A DNA stretch of 64,000 nucleotides, from contig OZ024742.1 of NCBI GenBank assembly GCA_964016885.1, positions 136,276,001 to 136,340,000 on the forward strand. The letters are read 5' to 3'. Below are positions 32,740 to 44,874 of this stretch, one piece after another; the stretch's first letter is position 1, and every line of letters starts with the position of its first letter. Under the pieces are notes generated by a model. It did no database searches. It was not told the DNA's origin and saw only the letters and a program-made list of their open reading frames with translations. This stretch comes from Eledone cirrhosa. Taxonomy: Eukaryota. The position numbers were made by a program, and so were the translations under genes.

Positions 32740-33170
32740 GAGGGTCATGGGAGGAGAGTCCTCAAACATGCCTTCCAGCAGGTCCTGTTAGAATTTACTG
32801 TCACCAATTAATCCAGCTGGATTCCTAAGAGAGACCATCCAAGCTCATGGATGTTAATCTAACCATCTTGCTCGAAGTTTACCTCTGTCTCGTGCATGTA
32901 GGTTTTGCCCATAAAACTGCCCAGCAATTCTTCCCTTAGACATTGTAACCACACATCCGTAGTATTCAAACTCTGATTTCTCAGTTTAGAGAAATAGTGG
33001 TTCTACCTACTCTGATCTTTGAGCTCCGAGTAACATTACTCCAAAGAGACCCTTTGGAGGAGTCCCATTTCAGCCAGATGTATTTGCTATCATATTCTTT
33101 CACTCATTACCCAAGAATCCTGACCCTAGGTAAGAAAGTTTACAAGAAAATATTTGAGGCTTGCAATCCA
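32740..33170 (-). mobile_element. Degenerate RTE-clade (Rex3-like) LINE 3' fragment
   Basis: Similar to 15160-15560 (AGCTCATGGAT...AACCATCTTGCT shared). Confidence 0.55.
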
Positions 33171-34700
33171 AACGCTACTCTGCCTAGACACGTTTAAATA
33201 TATGCATATATACACATACACTTATATGCTTGACCTTTATCCATTCCAACAATGAGTGTTCTAGCTGTTTGATCAATGGAACAACTTGCTTGTAAAATTA
33301 ACATGCAAGAGCCTATGTATTTCACAGAAACATACACCACTAACGCTGTTCTCGGGGAGATTCAATGTGACACTGTGTAACAATGCTGAGCCTTAAAGTG
33401 ACAGGTGCAACACACATTTATCAGTTGATTAGGTTGCAGCAATGTGAAATAGTCTTTTGATCATGAGCAAAATGCATCAACAGGAATCAAACTTATGACC
33501 ATACAATTGTGAGTAGAACACCCCTAACCAATAACCTATGCCTATTCATATGCATACATGCATAAAAACACCCTACTGTTGCATAATACCAGCTTTTGTG
33601 CTTTCCCTTTGATGAGGTGCATCACTCTCATGGCTACTCAAGATCCAGAAAACAATACAGTAAAACCAAGACTCCCACCTATCAAACAAGAACTAATTTT
33701 CAACATAGGACAGAACTTCATGAGCAGCCAAAGAATGCTTACATAGAAAAGTAAAGGTCCATTAACTTTTGATGGAGTCATAGCAAAGCGGTCTTCAGAA
33801 TTTTATACCTGGTGGAGCCTATCACTCTCCAGGTCAGAGCACAGCCAATTTCTCCAAGAGAATGTGTGTGTGTGTAAGAATCAAGCCTAACACTGGGGTG
33901 GTACTTTATTCATTGACCTGGAAATGATGAGACAAATTTGACCTCAACAAGATGTGAAGTCAGAGTGCAGAGAATCATTATAAATAAGAAAACATTTTAA
34001 ATTTGACGTCCTGATGATTTTCTCAATTTGCTGCCTTAATGCTATATACATAAACCAGACCTCCCCCCACCAAAAAAAAAATGCATATTTGTTGCAGCTA
34101 CATGCAGATCTAGAGCCACTTCGTAGCAATACTACTATATGCTGTGGACCTTGCATGTTCAGTGGCCCCATCTTCATTATTTTATAAGTATACTATTATA
34201 GACCCTTCAAATTTTATGTGTGACTGGAAGTTTAAAGCCGATTCATACTTGAAATACACCAGAGATCCAATGAGTGATTATTTTAACATGCATTTAACCT
34301 CTATTGACCTTTACTTCTGTAGTTTAGAATAACATTTTATGTGGTTCGAAAATTTCTTTAAAAGAAACTTTTGACACATATTACTTCTTAAATGTTCACA
34401 ATCTCAGAATTTCAACATAGTATATTATACATAAATTTAATTCACAAAATGAATCATAGCTCTGTCAGTGCAAAGATCTCTACCACCACCAGCACCACGA
34501 CAACAACAACAATAAACTCCCTCACTCAGCGAATGATATGTTTATTTTCAAATTGACAAACACATGGAAGTTTTTATCTTCCAAGAGTAATGTATTTCTT
34601 ACTCCCCACTTAACTGTTAATGATCAATTAGATGATTATTAAGAATGAAAATATCCTTATCTCTTAAATGACTAACATACTGATGTATTGCTACCAGAAA

Positions 34701-34779
<79 letters not shown>

Positions 34780-34848
34780 TATGAAGAGAGAAGAAACATT
34801 TAGATATAATTAGTAATAAAATGTATCATACCTAAACTGTTCCTAAAT

Positions 34849-34936
34849 TCCTCGACTACGTAGTTTCGTGGCATAAACAAAAACAATATATCAAAGATAT
34901 AGAGTCCTTGCGAGGTCTGCCGACTTATCAAGAGGA
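34849..34936 (-). ncRNA. Type I hammerhead ribozyme, U3-A8 core variant (copy 1)
   Basis: UCCUC-UUGAUAA-GU(C)GGCA..UGCCAC-GAAA CUACGUAG UC^-GAGGA. Helix III is the palindrome ACUACGUAGU. Predicted cleavage at 34854/34853. Confidence 0.8.
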
Positions 34937-35439
34937 TACCTCATTTTACTAGTCTCAAGAACGCGTCTACACGACGTGAGAAAGAATCCCAAAAGGCGGA
35001 GGGGGAGATAGTCACGCGATATAACGGTCGAGAAACAGAGCTAAGCCTCTTATAACCACGAAAAAAATACCACGGAGGCGGAGGGGGTATTCATATCGAG
35101 GCCGTAGAAGAGGTAGTGAAGAAGGCGAGAAGTATGAGTAATGGAAGCTTTCCAGTTGTCCCCACACTTCAAAGATTGCTCGACCAGAGGGAGTTATTAA
35201 TACATTTAGAAACACACAGATACATGCGGACACACACATATATACATGAATGCATCCGCACCCAACTGTGAGTTAAGGGTGCCAACTTCACCGATGTTGC
35301 TCAATGAATGACTGGGACAGACCAATTCAGTTTGAACCAGACTGAACCAGTATCAGAGTTAAAAATACATTATGAAGAGAGAAGAAACATTTAGATATAA
35401 TTAGTAATAAAATGTATCATACCTAAACTGTTCCTAAAT

Positions 35440-35527
35440 TCCTCGACTACGTAGTTTCGTGGCATAAACAAAAACAATATATCAAAGATATAGAGTCCTT
35501 GCGAGGTCTGCCGACTTATCAAGAGGA
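35440..35527 (-). ncRNA. Type I hammerhead ribozyme (copy 2)
   Basis: Same as copy 1, offset +591. Confidence 0.8.
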
Positions 35528-36030
35528 TACCTCATTTTACTAGTCTCAAGAACGCGTCTACACGACGTGAGAAAGAATCCCAAAAGGCGGAGGGGGAGAT
35601 AGTCACGCGATATAACGGTCGAGAAACAGAGCTAAGCCTCTTATAACCACGAAAAAAATACCACGGAGGCGGAGGGGGTATTCATATCGAGGCCGTAGAA
35701 GAGGTAGTGAAGAAGGCGAGAAGTATGAGTAATGGAAGCTTTCCAGTTGTCCCCACACTTCAAAGATTGCTCGACCAGAGGGAGTTATTAATACATTTAG
35801 AAACACACAGATACATGCGGACACACACATATATACATGAATGCATCCGCACCCAACTGTGAGTTAAGGGTGCCAACTTCACCGATGTTGCTCAATGAAT
35901 GACTGGGACAGACCAATTCAGTTTGAACCAGACTGAACCAGTATCAGAGTTAAAAATACATTATGAAGAGAGAAGAAACATTTAGATATAATTAGTAATA
36001 AAATGTATCATACCTAAACTGTTCCTAAAT

Positions 36031-36118
36031 TCCTCGACTACGTAGTTTCGTGGCATAAACAAAAACAATATATCAAAGATATAGAGTCCTTGCGAGGTCT
36101 GCCGACTTATCAAGAGGA
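36031..36118 (-). ncRNA. Type I hammerhead ribozyme (copy 3)
   Basis: Same as copy 1, offset +1182. Confidence 0.8.
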
Positions 36119-36621
36119 TACCTCATTTTACTAGTCTCAAGAACGCGTCTACACGACGTGAGAAAGAATCCCAAAAGGCGGAGGGGGAGATAGTCACGCG
36201 ATATAACGGTCGAGAAACAGAGCTAAGCCTCTTATAACCACGAAAAAAATACCACGGAGGCGGAGGGGGTATTCATATCGAGGCCGTAGAAGAGGTAGTG
36301 AAGAAGGCGAGAAGTATGAGTAATGGAAGCTTTCCAGTTGTCCCCACACTTCAAAGATTGCTCGACCAGAGGGAGTTATTAATACATTTAGAAACACACA
36401 GATACATGCGGACACACACATATATACATGAATGCATCCGCACCCAACTGTGAGTTAAGGGTGCCAACTTCACCGATGTTGCTCAATGAATGACTGGGAC
36501 AGACCAATTCAGTTTGAACCAGACTGAACCAGTATCAGAGTTAAAAATACATTATGAAGAGAGAAGAAACATTTAGATATAATTAGTAATAAAATGTATC
36601 ATACCTAAACTGTTCCTAAAT

Positions 36622-36709
36622 TCCTCGACTACGTAGTTTCGTGGCATAAACAAAAACAATATATCAAAGATATAGAGTCCTTGCGAGGTCTGCCGACTTA
36701 TCAAGAGGA
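36622..36709 (-). ncRNA. Type I hammerhead ribozyme (copy 4)
   Basis: Same as copy 1, offset +1773. Confidence 0.8.
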
Positions 36710-37136
36710 TACCTCATTTTACTAGTCTCAAGAACGCGTCTACACGACGTGAGAAAGAATCCCAAAAGGCGGAGGGGGAGATAGTCACGCGATATAACGG
36801 TCGAGAAACAGAGCTAAGCCTCTTATAACCACGAAAAAAATAACATGCACACACACCTATATATATATGTGTGTGTGAGGTAGAAGATTGGCTGCAAGCT
36901 CAGCCAGTCACAGCTAGTATCCTCGTCATTATCATCATCACCATTTAACATCTAGTTGTGTATTTAGTGTGTGTGCATGTGTGTGTGTGTATATATATAT
37001 GTGTGTGTGTGTCAACAAGAAGAAAACATGCCCTATATATTAAGAGATAATTTATTATGATTAGTACATATATATAAATATATAAATTACTACATATATA
37101 CAATATATATACACAAACACACATACCTCTCTCTCT

Positions 37137-37189
<53 letters not shown>

Positions 37190-39013
37190 CAGAGAGAGAG
37201 AGGAGGGGGTTCAAAGAGCTGATCAATATTTAGCTGTTAGCAGAATGAGTGAGTGCCAGGCCAAAATAGGTACTTATGTTACTAGTGTCGATATGAATAA
37301 GGAAATCACTTAAATGTGGTGCCCTGTCATGCCTACTGTTGAACAATTGAATTGAATGACGGACTAAAGGAAAGTTATATATATATACACACACACATAA
37401 ACGTGTTTGTTTTCAGATGGTGTAATTTAGAACCCATTAATTAGGAAGTCCATATTTTGTTGTGAAACATTAGTGAATCACACCCTAAATTTTACTCACA
37501 CCTCGCCAATCAGTACACAGAAGAGTTATATTTATCTATTTTATTTTTTCATTATTTTGTTATGATTGTTATAGTATTGTACTGGTCACAACAATTACAG
37601 AAGGTCAAAAGTAATTTTTCTTATTTTTTTATGTTCAACAGAAACAAAATTCCCAGGCTTACTGTCTATGTAAACTAAAAATATTCTTGCTTACCTCACT
37701 TGAAGTAGTCAGTTAGTCAGTCAGCCAGTGACACAAAGTTCACTTGCCTACATTGTTATAATAATGATACACACACTAAGAAGGAGGACAGTTCATTTGT
37801 GTGACATTCCGCACCACCTCTTTCAACCCCTCACACATAATAACATTGTTATTATTGTTCATACTTTTGAGTCTATTTCCTTTGCAAACTATTCACATAA
37901 TCATCTCATATACATTATGTTTCAAGTTTTCTCTACCAAAATCTGGAATTCTATTTTTATTCATCATACACCCATTCACATCCTTAGTGACACAATTCTA
38001 GCAGAATCAAAACTTTTTTCTAGATTTTTTTTAACAACTGACATGTACAAAATACTATTATAAAAGACCCTGGGAAAGATTAACTAGATTATTTGCCAAG
38101 AATATGGTACAGTGTGTCTGAGTATTCAATATTTCTGTATTTTCTTCACAATAGTGATAATAACAATAATGATATACATGTATTTACATATGTGATGCAT
38201 GTCAATGCCTCCAATGAATCCACTCCATGCTTCTCTAATAATGTTGACTGGGAAAGGCATGAATGATCTAACTTCATTTCTTCCTGCTTTATAAGTATTG
38301 AGGGCAAAATATTGTCATAAAGTAATTAACAATATTATAATGTAATTAACAATAATTATTTCTTCATTTCTTCCATAGTAGACACAAAGCCAGATATTTT
38401 GTGTGGGTAGAACAGTTGAATATATTGACCCCGGTACTTGTCAAGTACTTTGATCTTATTGGTTCTGGAAAGATGACAACCTTGGCAGCAATTGAACTAA
38501 GAATGTAAAGGGACCATAATTAAATATCTTAAGGCAATTCTGACTGACATAATTCTGACTGACAAAATCTAATAATGATTTGATAATGCTGCTACTGCTG
38601 ATTATGATGATATAGTGATAACTGTTAAGACATTCTTAAAGGCATACTAAATAGATCTATCAATGGATTGGTGGGTGGACAGATTGTTAGTCAAAGAAAT
38701 AAAGACAGTGGATAATTAGATAAAATAACAACAGCAAAATAAAATAAATTAAATTAAAACACTAATTATTATTGCTGTCATAAATCCAATCAACTATATA
38801 CAAGATCCTGTAAATGTGTTGCCAAGGGGTTCAATGAAAGAAATCATTATCATTCCAATGATCATGTTTGTGAATATTATTACAACAATATGACCTTCCC
38901 CAAGTATAACAATATTTGTTTCGACACACAATTTCATATAAAAAATCTAGCAAAACAAATTCATTGCCATCATATATATATATATAAATACTATATATAT
39001 ATATATATATTTA

Positions 39014-39065
<52 letters not shown>

Positions 39066-39074
39066 ATAATAATA

Positions 39075-39190
39075 ATAATAGTAATAATAATAAATTTGAA
39101 GACTAAAATCCAAAGAGGGATCGATAAGGATAAATATATATCAAATATATAAGAACCATAGAGCAAATATTTATTAAAATAACAGATTAA
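39075..39190 (-). mobile_element. Solo 3' piece of the PLE pLTR (17800/20086 family)
   Basis: Reverse complement of about 20138-20250. Confidence 0.8.
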
Positions 39191-40187
39191 ATCATCATCA
39201 TCATCGTTTAACGTCCATCTTCAACGCTTGAGTTGGTTTGGACGGGAGTTTTCCCACTTGAGGCAAGATTGCTTGTCCTGCACGTGTAGGAATGTCTGGC
39301 GGGTTTTCTACGGATGGATGCCCTTCCTAACACCAACCACGTTTACAGTGTGGACTGGGAGGTTTTTACCGTATTACCTACACGGCCACATTACAGATTG
39401 GACTGTGTTTTTTGTCGTGACACCTACACGTCTGGCGGGTATCTACAGCTGGTTGCCCTTCCCAACACCAACCACGTTTACAGTGTGGACTGGGAGGTTT
39501 TTACCGTGTTACCTACACGGCCACATTTCAGCGTGGACTGTGTGTTTTTTGTCGTGACACCTACACGACCACATTTGTTTCGGACTGGATGTTGTGGTAC
39601 CAACATAACTTCACATTTAAGGGAGTGGTGTGGATGGGGTGGGGGTAGTGAAACGGGGGTGTATTTTGTTAGATGTGCCTACAGACTGTAGGTTTTGCTT
39701 TGTACTTAGGCAAGGCGAGTCTTCTGTATAACTGTGTAGCGCCAAAGATCTCGGTCCAGTGACATTGTCTTGGAGAGGTGTAAGTGTGGGAGGTCGGAAT
39801 TTATCAAGTCGTCCCAGGTTTTTCTGGGTCTGCCTACTCCATGGGTACCGTCTATTTTTATCGCCCTATACTTTTTTATAGAGCTGTCGTCTTTCATGCG
39901 CATCACGTGACCGTACCAACGTAGTCTTCTCTCGAGTAAACAACATCTGATCGCTTTTATTCCTAATTGCTCCCTTAGTTCGTTTATGCTTTGCTGTTCA
40001 CGTATATTACTATTACACATCCAGCGGAGCATGCAAGCTTCGTTCGTTTCTCTCCAGTCTACGTATATCCTCTGCACACAATGCCCAGGTCTCACTGCCA
40101 TGTAACATTGCTGTTCGTATGCAGGCATCATGCAGCTTGCCTTTCATTTTTAGAGAGAACCCTTTAGCGGTATAAGCTCTCTGAACT
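39191..40187 (-). mobile_element. RTE LINE (PHD family), 5'-truncated, with ~140-bp internal duplication in the 3' UTR
   Basis: ORF 39706-40131 contains LERRLRWYGHVMRM..GRPRKTW. (ATC)n tail at 39191; the segment at about 39293-39430 is repeated at about 39431-39568. Confidence 0.92.
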
Positions 40188-40258
40188 ATATATATATATA
40201 TGTATATATATATTTATATATATATATATGTATATATATATTTATATATATATATATT

Positions 40259-40304
<46 letters not shown>

Positions 40305-40307
<3 letters not shown>

Positions 40308-41843
40308 GATATTAAACAAATGGAAACTATATTTATAAAACCATATTTATTTCGTTATATATATTTCTGGGCTATCATATTAATAGCCTTCCTCAGACAA
40401 AATACAATACATAAGCTGTTTTATAAATAATTAGTGACATACCTTTTAATAATGCAACTTCCTTTTAAAAAGTTGATTTGGTAGTGAAACTGTTATGATA
40501 GTTATATAGAAAGAAAACGAAGATGAGAAGAAGAAGGTGAAGAGATGTATGTAAATAAAAAAGAAGAAGATGAAGAAATGTATGCAAAGAGAAAAGAGAT
40601 GTATGTAAAGAAAAACAAAGGAGCGAGATAGAGAGACAAGGATAGAGAGAAATACATTGATGGTGAAAAAAAAAACCTAGTAGGCTGCTTTTTGACAGAT
40701 GATCATCGTATATGTGAGAGGTTAAGGGAAGGGATACAGTTAGATTAGTGTATAGGAGAAAAAGAAAGAAAGATGATATATTTAAAATATATTAAAAATA
40801 TATTATGTCTCATCCATTTGAATTATCAATTTTTATGAATTAGGCATTATAATGTAAATATCAGTATTCATGAATGAGACACATATCTATAATGTGTAAA
40901 AAAAGTGACCACATGCTCAGTTTAAAAATTCTTAGGTCTATAAGCAAAATCTGAGACAAAACTTCAAACATAAGTATATATGCATTCTCGTGAAAAATCA
41001 GAAAAGAGAAGGTTATCTCAAATTCAAGTTGATAAATATAGACGCACATGTGAACCTAGGTGATACGCTGCACTGATTCTTATATTTCATGAAAAACTTC
41101 AATGTGTCAGAAAAGAAAAACTTCAATGCGTTAGAAGAGATTCCACCCTACATATATTTACATACATATATACATATATATAGACACAAAACATATAAGA
41201 TATACATTAACATCTAAAATAATCATCGATCAAGCATAGAGTAGACAACAGATATCAATATTAAAATTAAAAACGCCAAGAATATCTTCGTCACTCCACA
41301 GAGTATCTAGGGACGCAAGAGAACATAGTATGCCACGCATATCGGTCATAGAATCAGAGTCAAAAGCAAACAAGACCAAAATTGCTCACCAAGCCTTATC
41401 TATCAGAAATCATTCAAAACTTATTCTACAAATGCTCTTATATTTATTATAGAAGTTTATCCAGCTTAAAAATTTATTCAAAAGATTGGGACCAACGCCA
41501 ATTTTAGGGTAGTTTATTTAATCTCATTAATTAAATATTCATGCGGAAAGGTTTTAAAAAAATTGAAGGAATCGAAAGATTTATCGCCAAGTATCACAAA
41601 TAGTCAAATACCTTAAGTAAATATACTACATTTTAAATTTATATTTATATTTAAATGTTGAGTTCAATCTATGTCTGCAACAGCTGAATAAATTGGTTCG
41701 TAAATTAAGGGAATTTTTAGATTTTAATATAAAGAATATCTCCTCCGCGCAGAGGTCACAAGTCTCATATACGATGATCATCTGTCAAAAAGCAGCCTAC
41801 TAGGGTTTTTTTTTTTCACCATCAATGTATTTCTCTCTATCCT
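40305..41843 (-). mobile_element. Penelope-like element 3' fragment with an inverted segment (41765-41843 = reverse complement of 40638-40716)
   Basis: The minus strand from about 41765 translates TCDLCAEEIFFILKSKNSLNLRTNLFSCCRHR, homologous to the end of the 18750 GIY-YIG ORF. A hammerhead lies near the 3' end. Confidence 0.75.
40348..40404 (-). ncRNA. Type I hammerhead ribozyme
   Basis: UAUUUUGU-CUGAGGA-A GGCUA..UAGCC CA-GAAA UAUAUA UA^-ACGAAAUA. 8-bp helix I and palindromic (AU)4 helix III. Confidence 0.75.
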
Positions 41844-41906
41844 TTATATGTTGATTTAAAACTGCACTATCCACAAGTGTTTTTTAGCCTTCATATCATG
41901 TTCTCC

Positions 41907-41977
41907 TGTTTTATCTGATGAAAACACAAATATTATTGAATGATGATGTTTGTTTTTGAAATGCGCATAATAAAATA
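41907..41977 (+). ncRNA. Type I hammerhead ribozyme in a PLE-like pLTR (41845-~42110)
   Basis: UGUUUUAU-CUGAUGA-long AU-rich helix II-GAAA UGCGCA UA^-AUAAAAUA. Helix III is the palindrome AUGCGCAU. Confidence 0.8.
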
Positions 41978-42134
41978 CATAGAACTCCTTTAACCATCTT
42001 TTGATCTTATATTATGTATACTCCAGTCCTACAAACTGTAGAGTGCTTCTTATCCGATATCTGTATTGCTTTATTGTACTACAATAAAACTCACCTCCTA
42101 CATTAAATATATATATATGTATATATAAATATAT

Positions 42135-42164
<30 letters not shown>

Positions 42165-42166
<2 letters not shown>

Positions 42167-42615
42167 CATCATCATCATCATCATCATCAACGTTTAACGT
42201 CCGAAATAGTGGACAGCTTCCGTTACCTGGGCGATAAAATCAGCAGTGGGGGAGGGTGCTCTGAAAGTACTGTAGCTAGAGTCAGAACTGGTTGGAAAAA
42301 GTTCAGAGAGTTTGTACCACTATTAGCTGCTAAAGGGTTCTCCCTAAAAATGAAAGGCAGGTTGTACGATGCCTGCATACGAACAGCAATGTTGCATGGC
42401 AGTGAGACCTGGGCATTGTGTGCAGAGGATATACGCAGACTAGAGAGGAACGAAGCTTGCATGCTCCGCTGGATGTGTAACAGTAATATACGTGAACGGC
42501 AAAGCAGAAACGAACTAAGGAAAAAATTAGAGATAAGAGGGATCAGATGTTGTTTACTCGAGAGAAGGCTACGTTGGTATGGACACGTGATGCGCATGAA
42601 AGTCGATAGCTGTAT
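42165..42615. mobile_element. RTE LINE copy with 5' inversion (minus-strand 3' tail 42165-42203 plus plus-strand internal piece 42203-42615)
   Basis: The tail is the reverse complement of 44592-44627. The internal piece matches 43675-44087 with a few substitutions. Confidence 0.88.
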
Positions 42616-42620
42616 ATATA

Positions 42621-42686
42621 TATTATGCGCATTTCAAAAACAAACATCATCATTCAATAATATTTGTGTTTTCATCAGATAAAATA
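42621..42686 (-). ncRNA. Type I hammerhead ribozyme (left arm of palindrome; 3' strand of helix I truncated)
   Basis: Reverse complement of the 41907-41977 family. Confidence 0.65.
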
Positions 42687-42804
42687 GGAGGACATGATAT
42701 GAAGGTTAAAAAACACTTGTGGATAGTGCAGTTTTAAATCAACATATGTTGATTTAAAACTGCACTATCCACAAGTGTTTTTTAACCTTCATATCGTGTC
42801 CTCC

Positions 42805-42869
42805 TATTTTATCTGATGAAAACACAAATGTTATTGCATGATGGTTTTTGAAATGCGCATAATAAAATA
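42805..42869 (+). ncRNA. Type I hammerhead ribozyme (right arm of palindrome)
   Basis: UAUUUUAU-CUGAUGA-AAAC..GUUUUU-GAAA UGCGCA UA^-AUAAAAUA. Confidence 0.78.
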
Positions 42870-42981
42870 TATGGAACTCATTTAACCATCTTTTGATCTT
42901 ATATATTATACATGTATATATATATATATAAATATATATATATATAAATATATATATATATAAATATATATATATATAAAT

Positions 42982-43172
<191 letters not shown>

Positions 43173-44625
43173 CGAATATAGTGAAGAGTTTAGCGTAAAA
43201 GTTGGCGTCCATCAGGGCTCTGTTCTCAGCCCCCTACTATTTATTATTGCCCTTCAGGCTATAACAGAGGATTTCAAGACAGGCTGCCCATGGGAACTCC
43301 TATACGCAGACGACCTGACACTCATAGCGGAATCAATGGCCGAGCTAGAGAAGAAATTCCAAACATGGAAGCACGGCCTAGAGTCAAAAGGACTTAAAAT
43401 TAACCTGGCTAAGACCAAAGTTCTAGTTTGTAGGAAAGAAAACAAGGCGGCGGTCCCTTCTGGGAAATGGTCGTGCTCGGTATGTAGGAAAGGCGTAGGT
43501 AGAAACTCCATCTTATGTCCTAAATGCAAAGTATGGGTGCATAAAAGATGTAGTGGGATCACAGGTAAGCTAACTAAGAACATAGACTTTACATGTGGCC
43601 GGTGTTCTGGTGCAATAAGTAGCAGCAAGTGCCCACAAAATACTAGCTCTTTCAATTGCGCAGAGGGTTCTATAGAAATAGTGGACAGCTTCCGTTACCT
43701 GGGCGATAAAATCAGCAGTGGGGGAGGGTGCTCTGAAAGTACTGTAGCTAGAGTCAGAACTGGTTGGAAAAAGTTCAGAGAGCTTTTACCACTATTAGCT
43801 GCTAAAGGGTTCTCCCTAAAAATGAAAGGCAGGTTGTACGATGCCTGCATACGAACAGCAATGTTGCATGGTAGTGAGACCTGGGCATTGTGTGCAGAGG
43901 ATATACGCAGACTAGAGAGGAACGAAGCTTGCATGCTCCGCTGGATGTGTAACAGTAATATACGTGAACGGCAAAGCATAAACGAACTAAGGAAAAAATT
44001 AGAGATAAGAGGGATCAGATGTTGTTTACTCGAGAGAAGGCTGCGTTGGTATGGACACGTGATGCGCATGAAAGTCGATAGCTGTATTACAAAGTGCAGG
44101 GCAATAAAGATAGACGGTAGCCACGGAATAGGCAGACCTAGAAAAACATGGGATGAGCTGATAAACTCCGACCTCACACACTTACACCTCTCCAAGACAA
44201 TGTTACTGGACCGAGACCTTTGGCGGTACTCAGTAACAGAGAAGACCCGCCTTGCCAGTAGGCATCTCTAACAAAATACACCCCGTCCCGCCACCACCCC
44301 CACCCCATCCACACCACCCCGTTCTATGTAAAGTTATGTTGGTGCCGCGCCATCCAGGCCGAAACAAATGAGATCGTGTAGGTGTCACGACAAAAAAACA
44401 CACAGTCCACGCTGTAATGTGGCCGTGTAGGCAACACGGTAAAAACCTCCCAGACCCACACTGTAAATGTGGTTGGTGTTAGGAAGGGCATCCAACTGTA
44501 GAAAACCTGCCAGACAGTCCTATGCGAGCAAGACAATCACTCTTGCCTCAAGTGGGACTACCCCCGTCCAAACCCATGCAAGCGTGGAACACGGACGTTA
44601 AACGTTGATGATGATGATGATGATG

Positions 44626-44627
<2 letters not shown>
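43173..44627 (+). mobile_element. RTE LINE (PHD family), longest 5'-truncated copy with 3' UTR and (GAT)7 tail
   Basis: Open frame from 43174; flanked on both sides by (TA)n. Confidence 0.95.
43174..44271 (+). pseudogene. Truncated LINE ORF2: RT motifs, PHD-like finger and RTE C-terminus
   Basis: The frame upstream of ATG 43336 reads [15 protein letters not shown]...WELLYADDL. It continues KINLAKTK, CSVC..CPKC..WVHKRC..CGRC, FRYLG, RRLRWYGHVMRM, GRPRKTW. Confidence 0.93.
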
Positions 44628-44674
<47 letters not shown>

Positions 44675-44709
44675 TATAAATATATATATAAATATATATA
44701 TATATAAAT

Positions 44710-44790
<81 letters not shown>

Positions 44791-44821
44791 TATATATATA
44801 TAAATATATATATATATAAAT

Positions 44822-44874
<53 letters not shown>

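Larger units (their letters stand above)
34774..36842 (-). mobile_element. 591-bp x 3.5 tandem array with one hammerhead ribozyme per unit (retrozyme-like / PLE pLTR concatemer)
   Basis: Period of exactly 591 (identical ORFs at 35012, 35603, 36194). Abuts (TA)n at 34774. Contains four hammerhead motifs. Confidence 0.85.

Noticed and set aside
35012-36421. Identical 75-aa ORF in each 591-bp unit
   Set aside because: It starts in a (GT)-rich tract and has no recognisable motif; the identity only reflects the tandem repeat.
34774-36842. CRISPR-like array
   Set aside because: Whole units are identical with no unique spacers, there are no cas genes, and the context is eukaryotic.
43254-44195. 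Antisense ORFs over the RTE RT region
   Set aside because: Shadow ORFs of the plus-strand LINE coding sequence.
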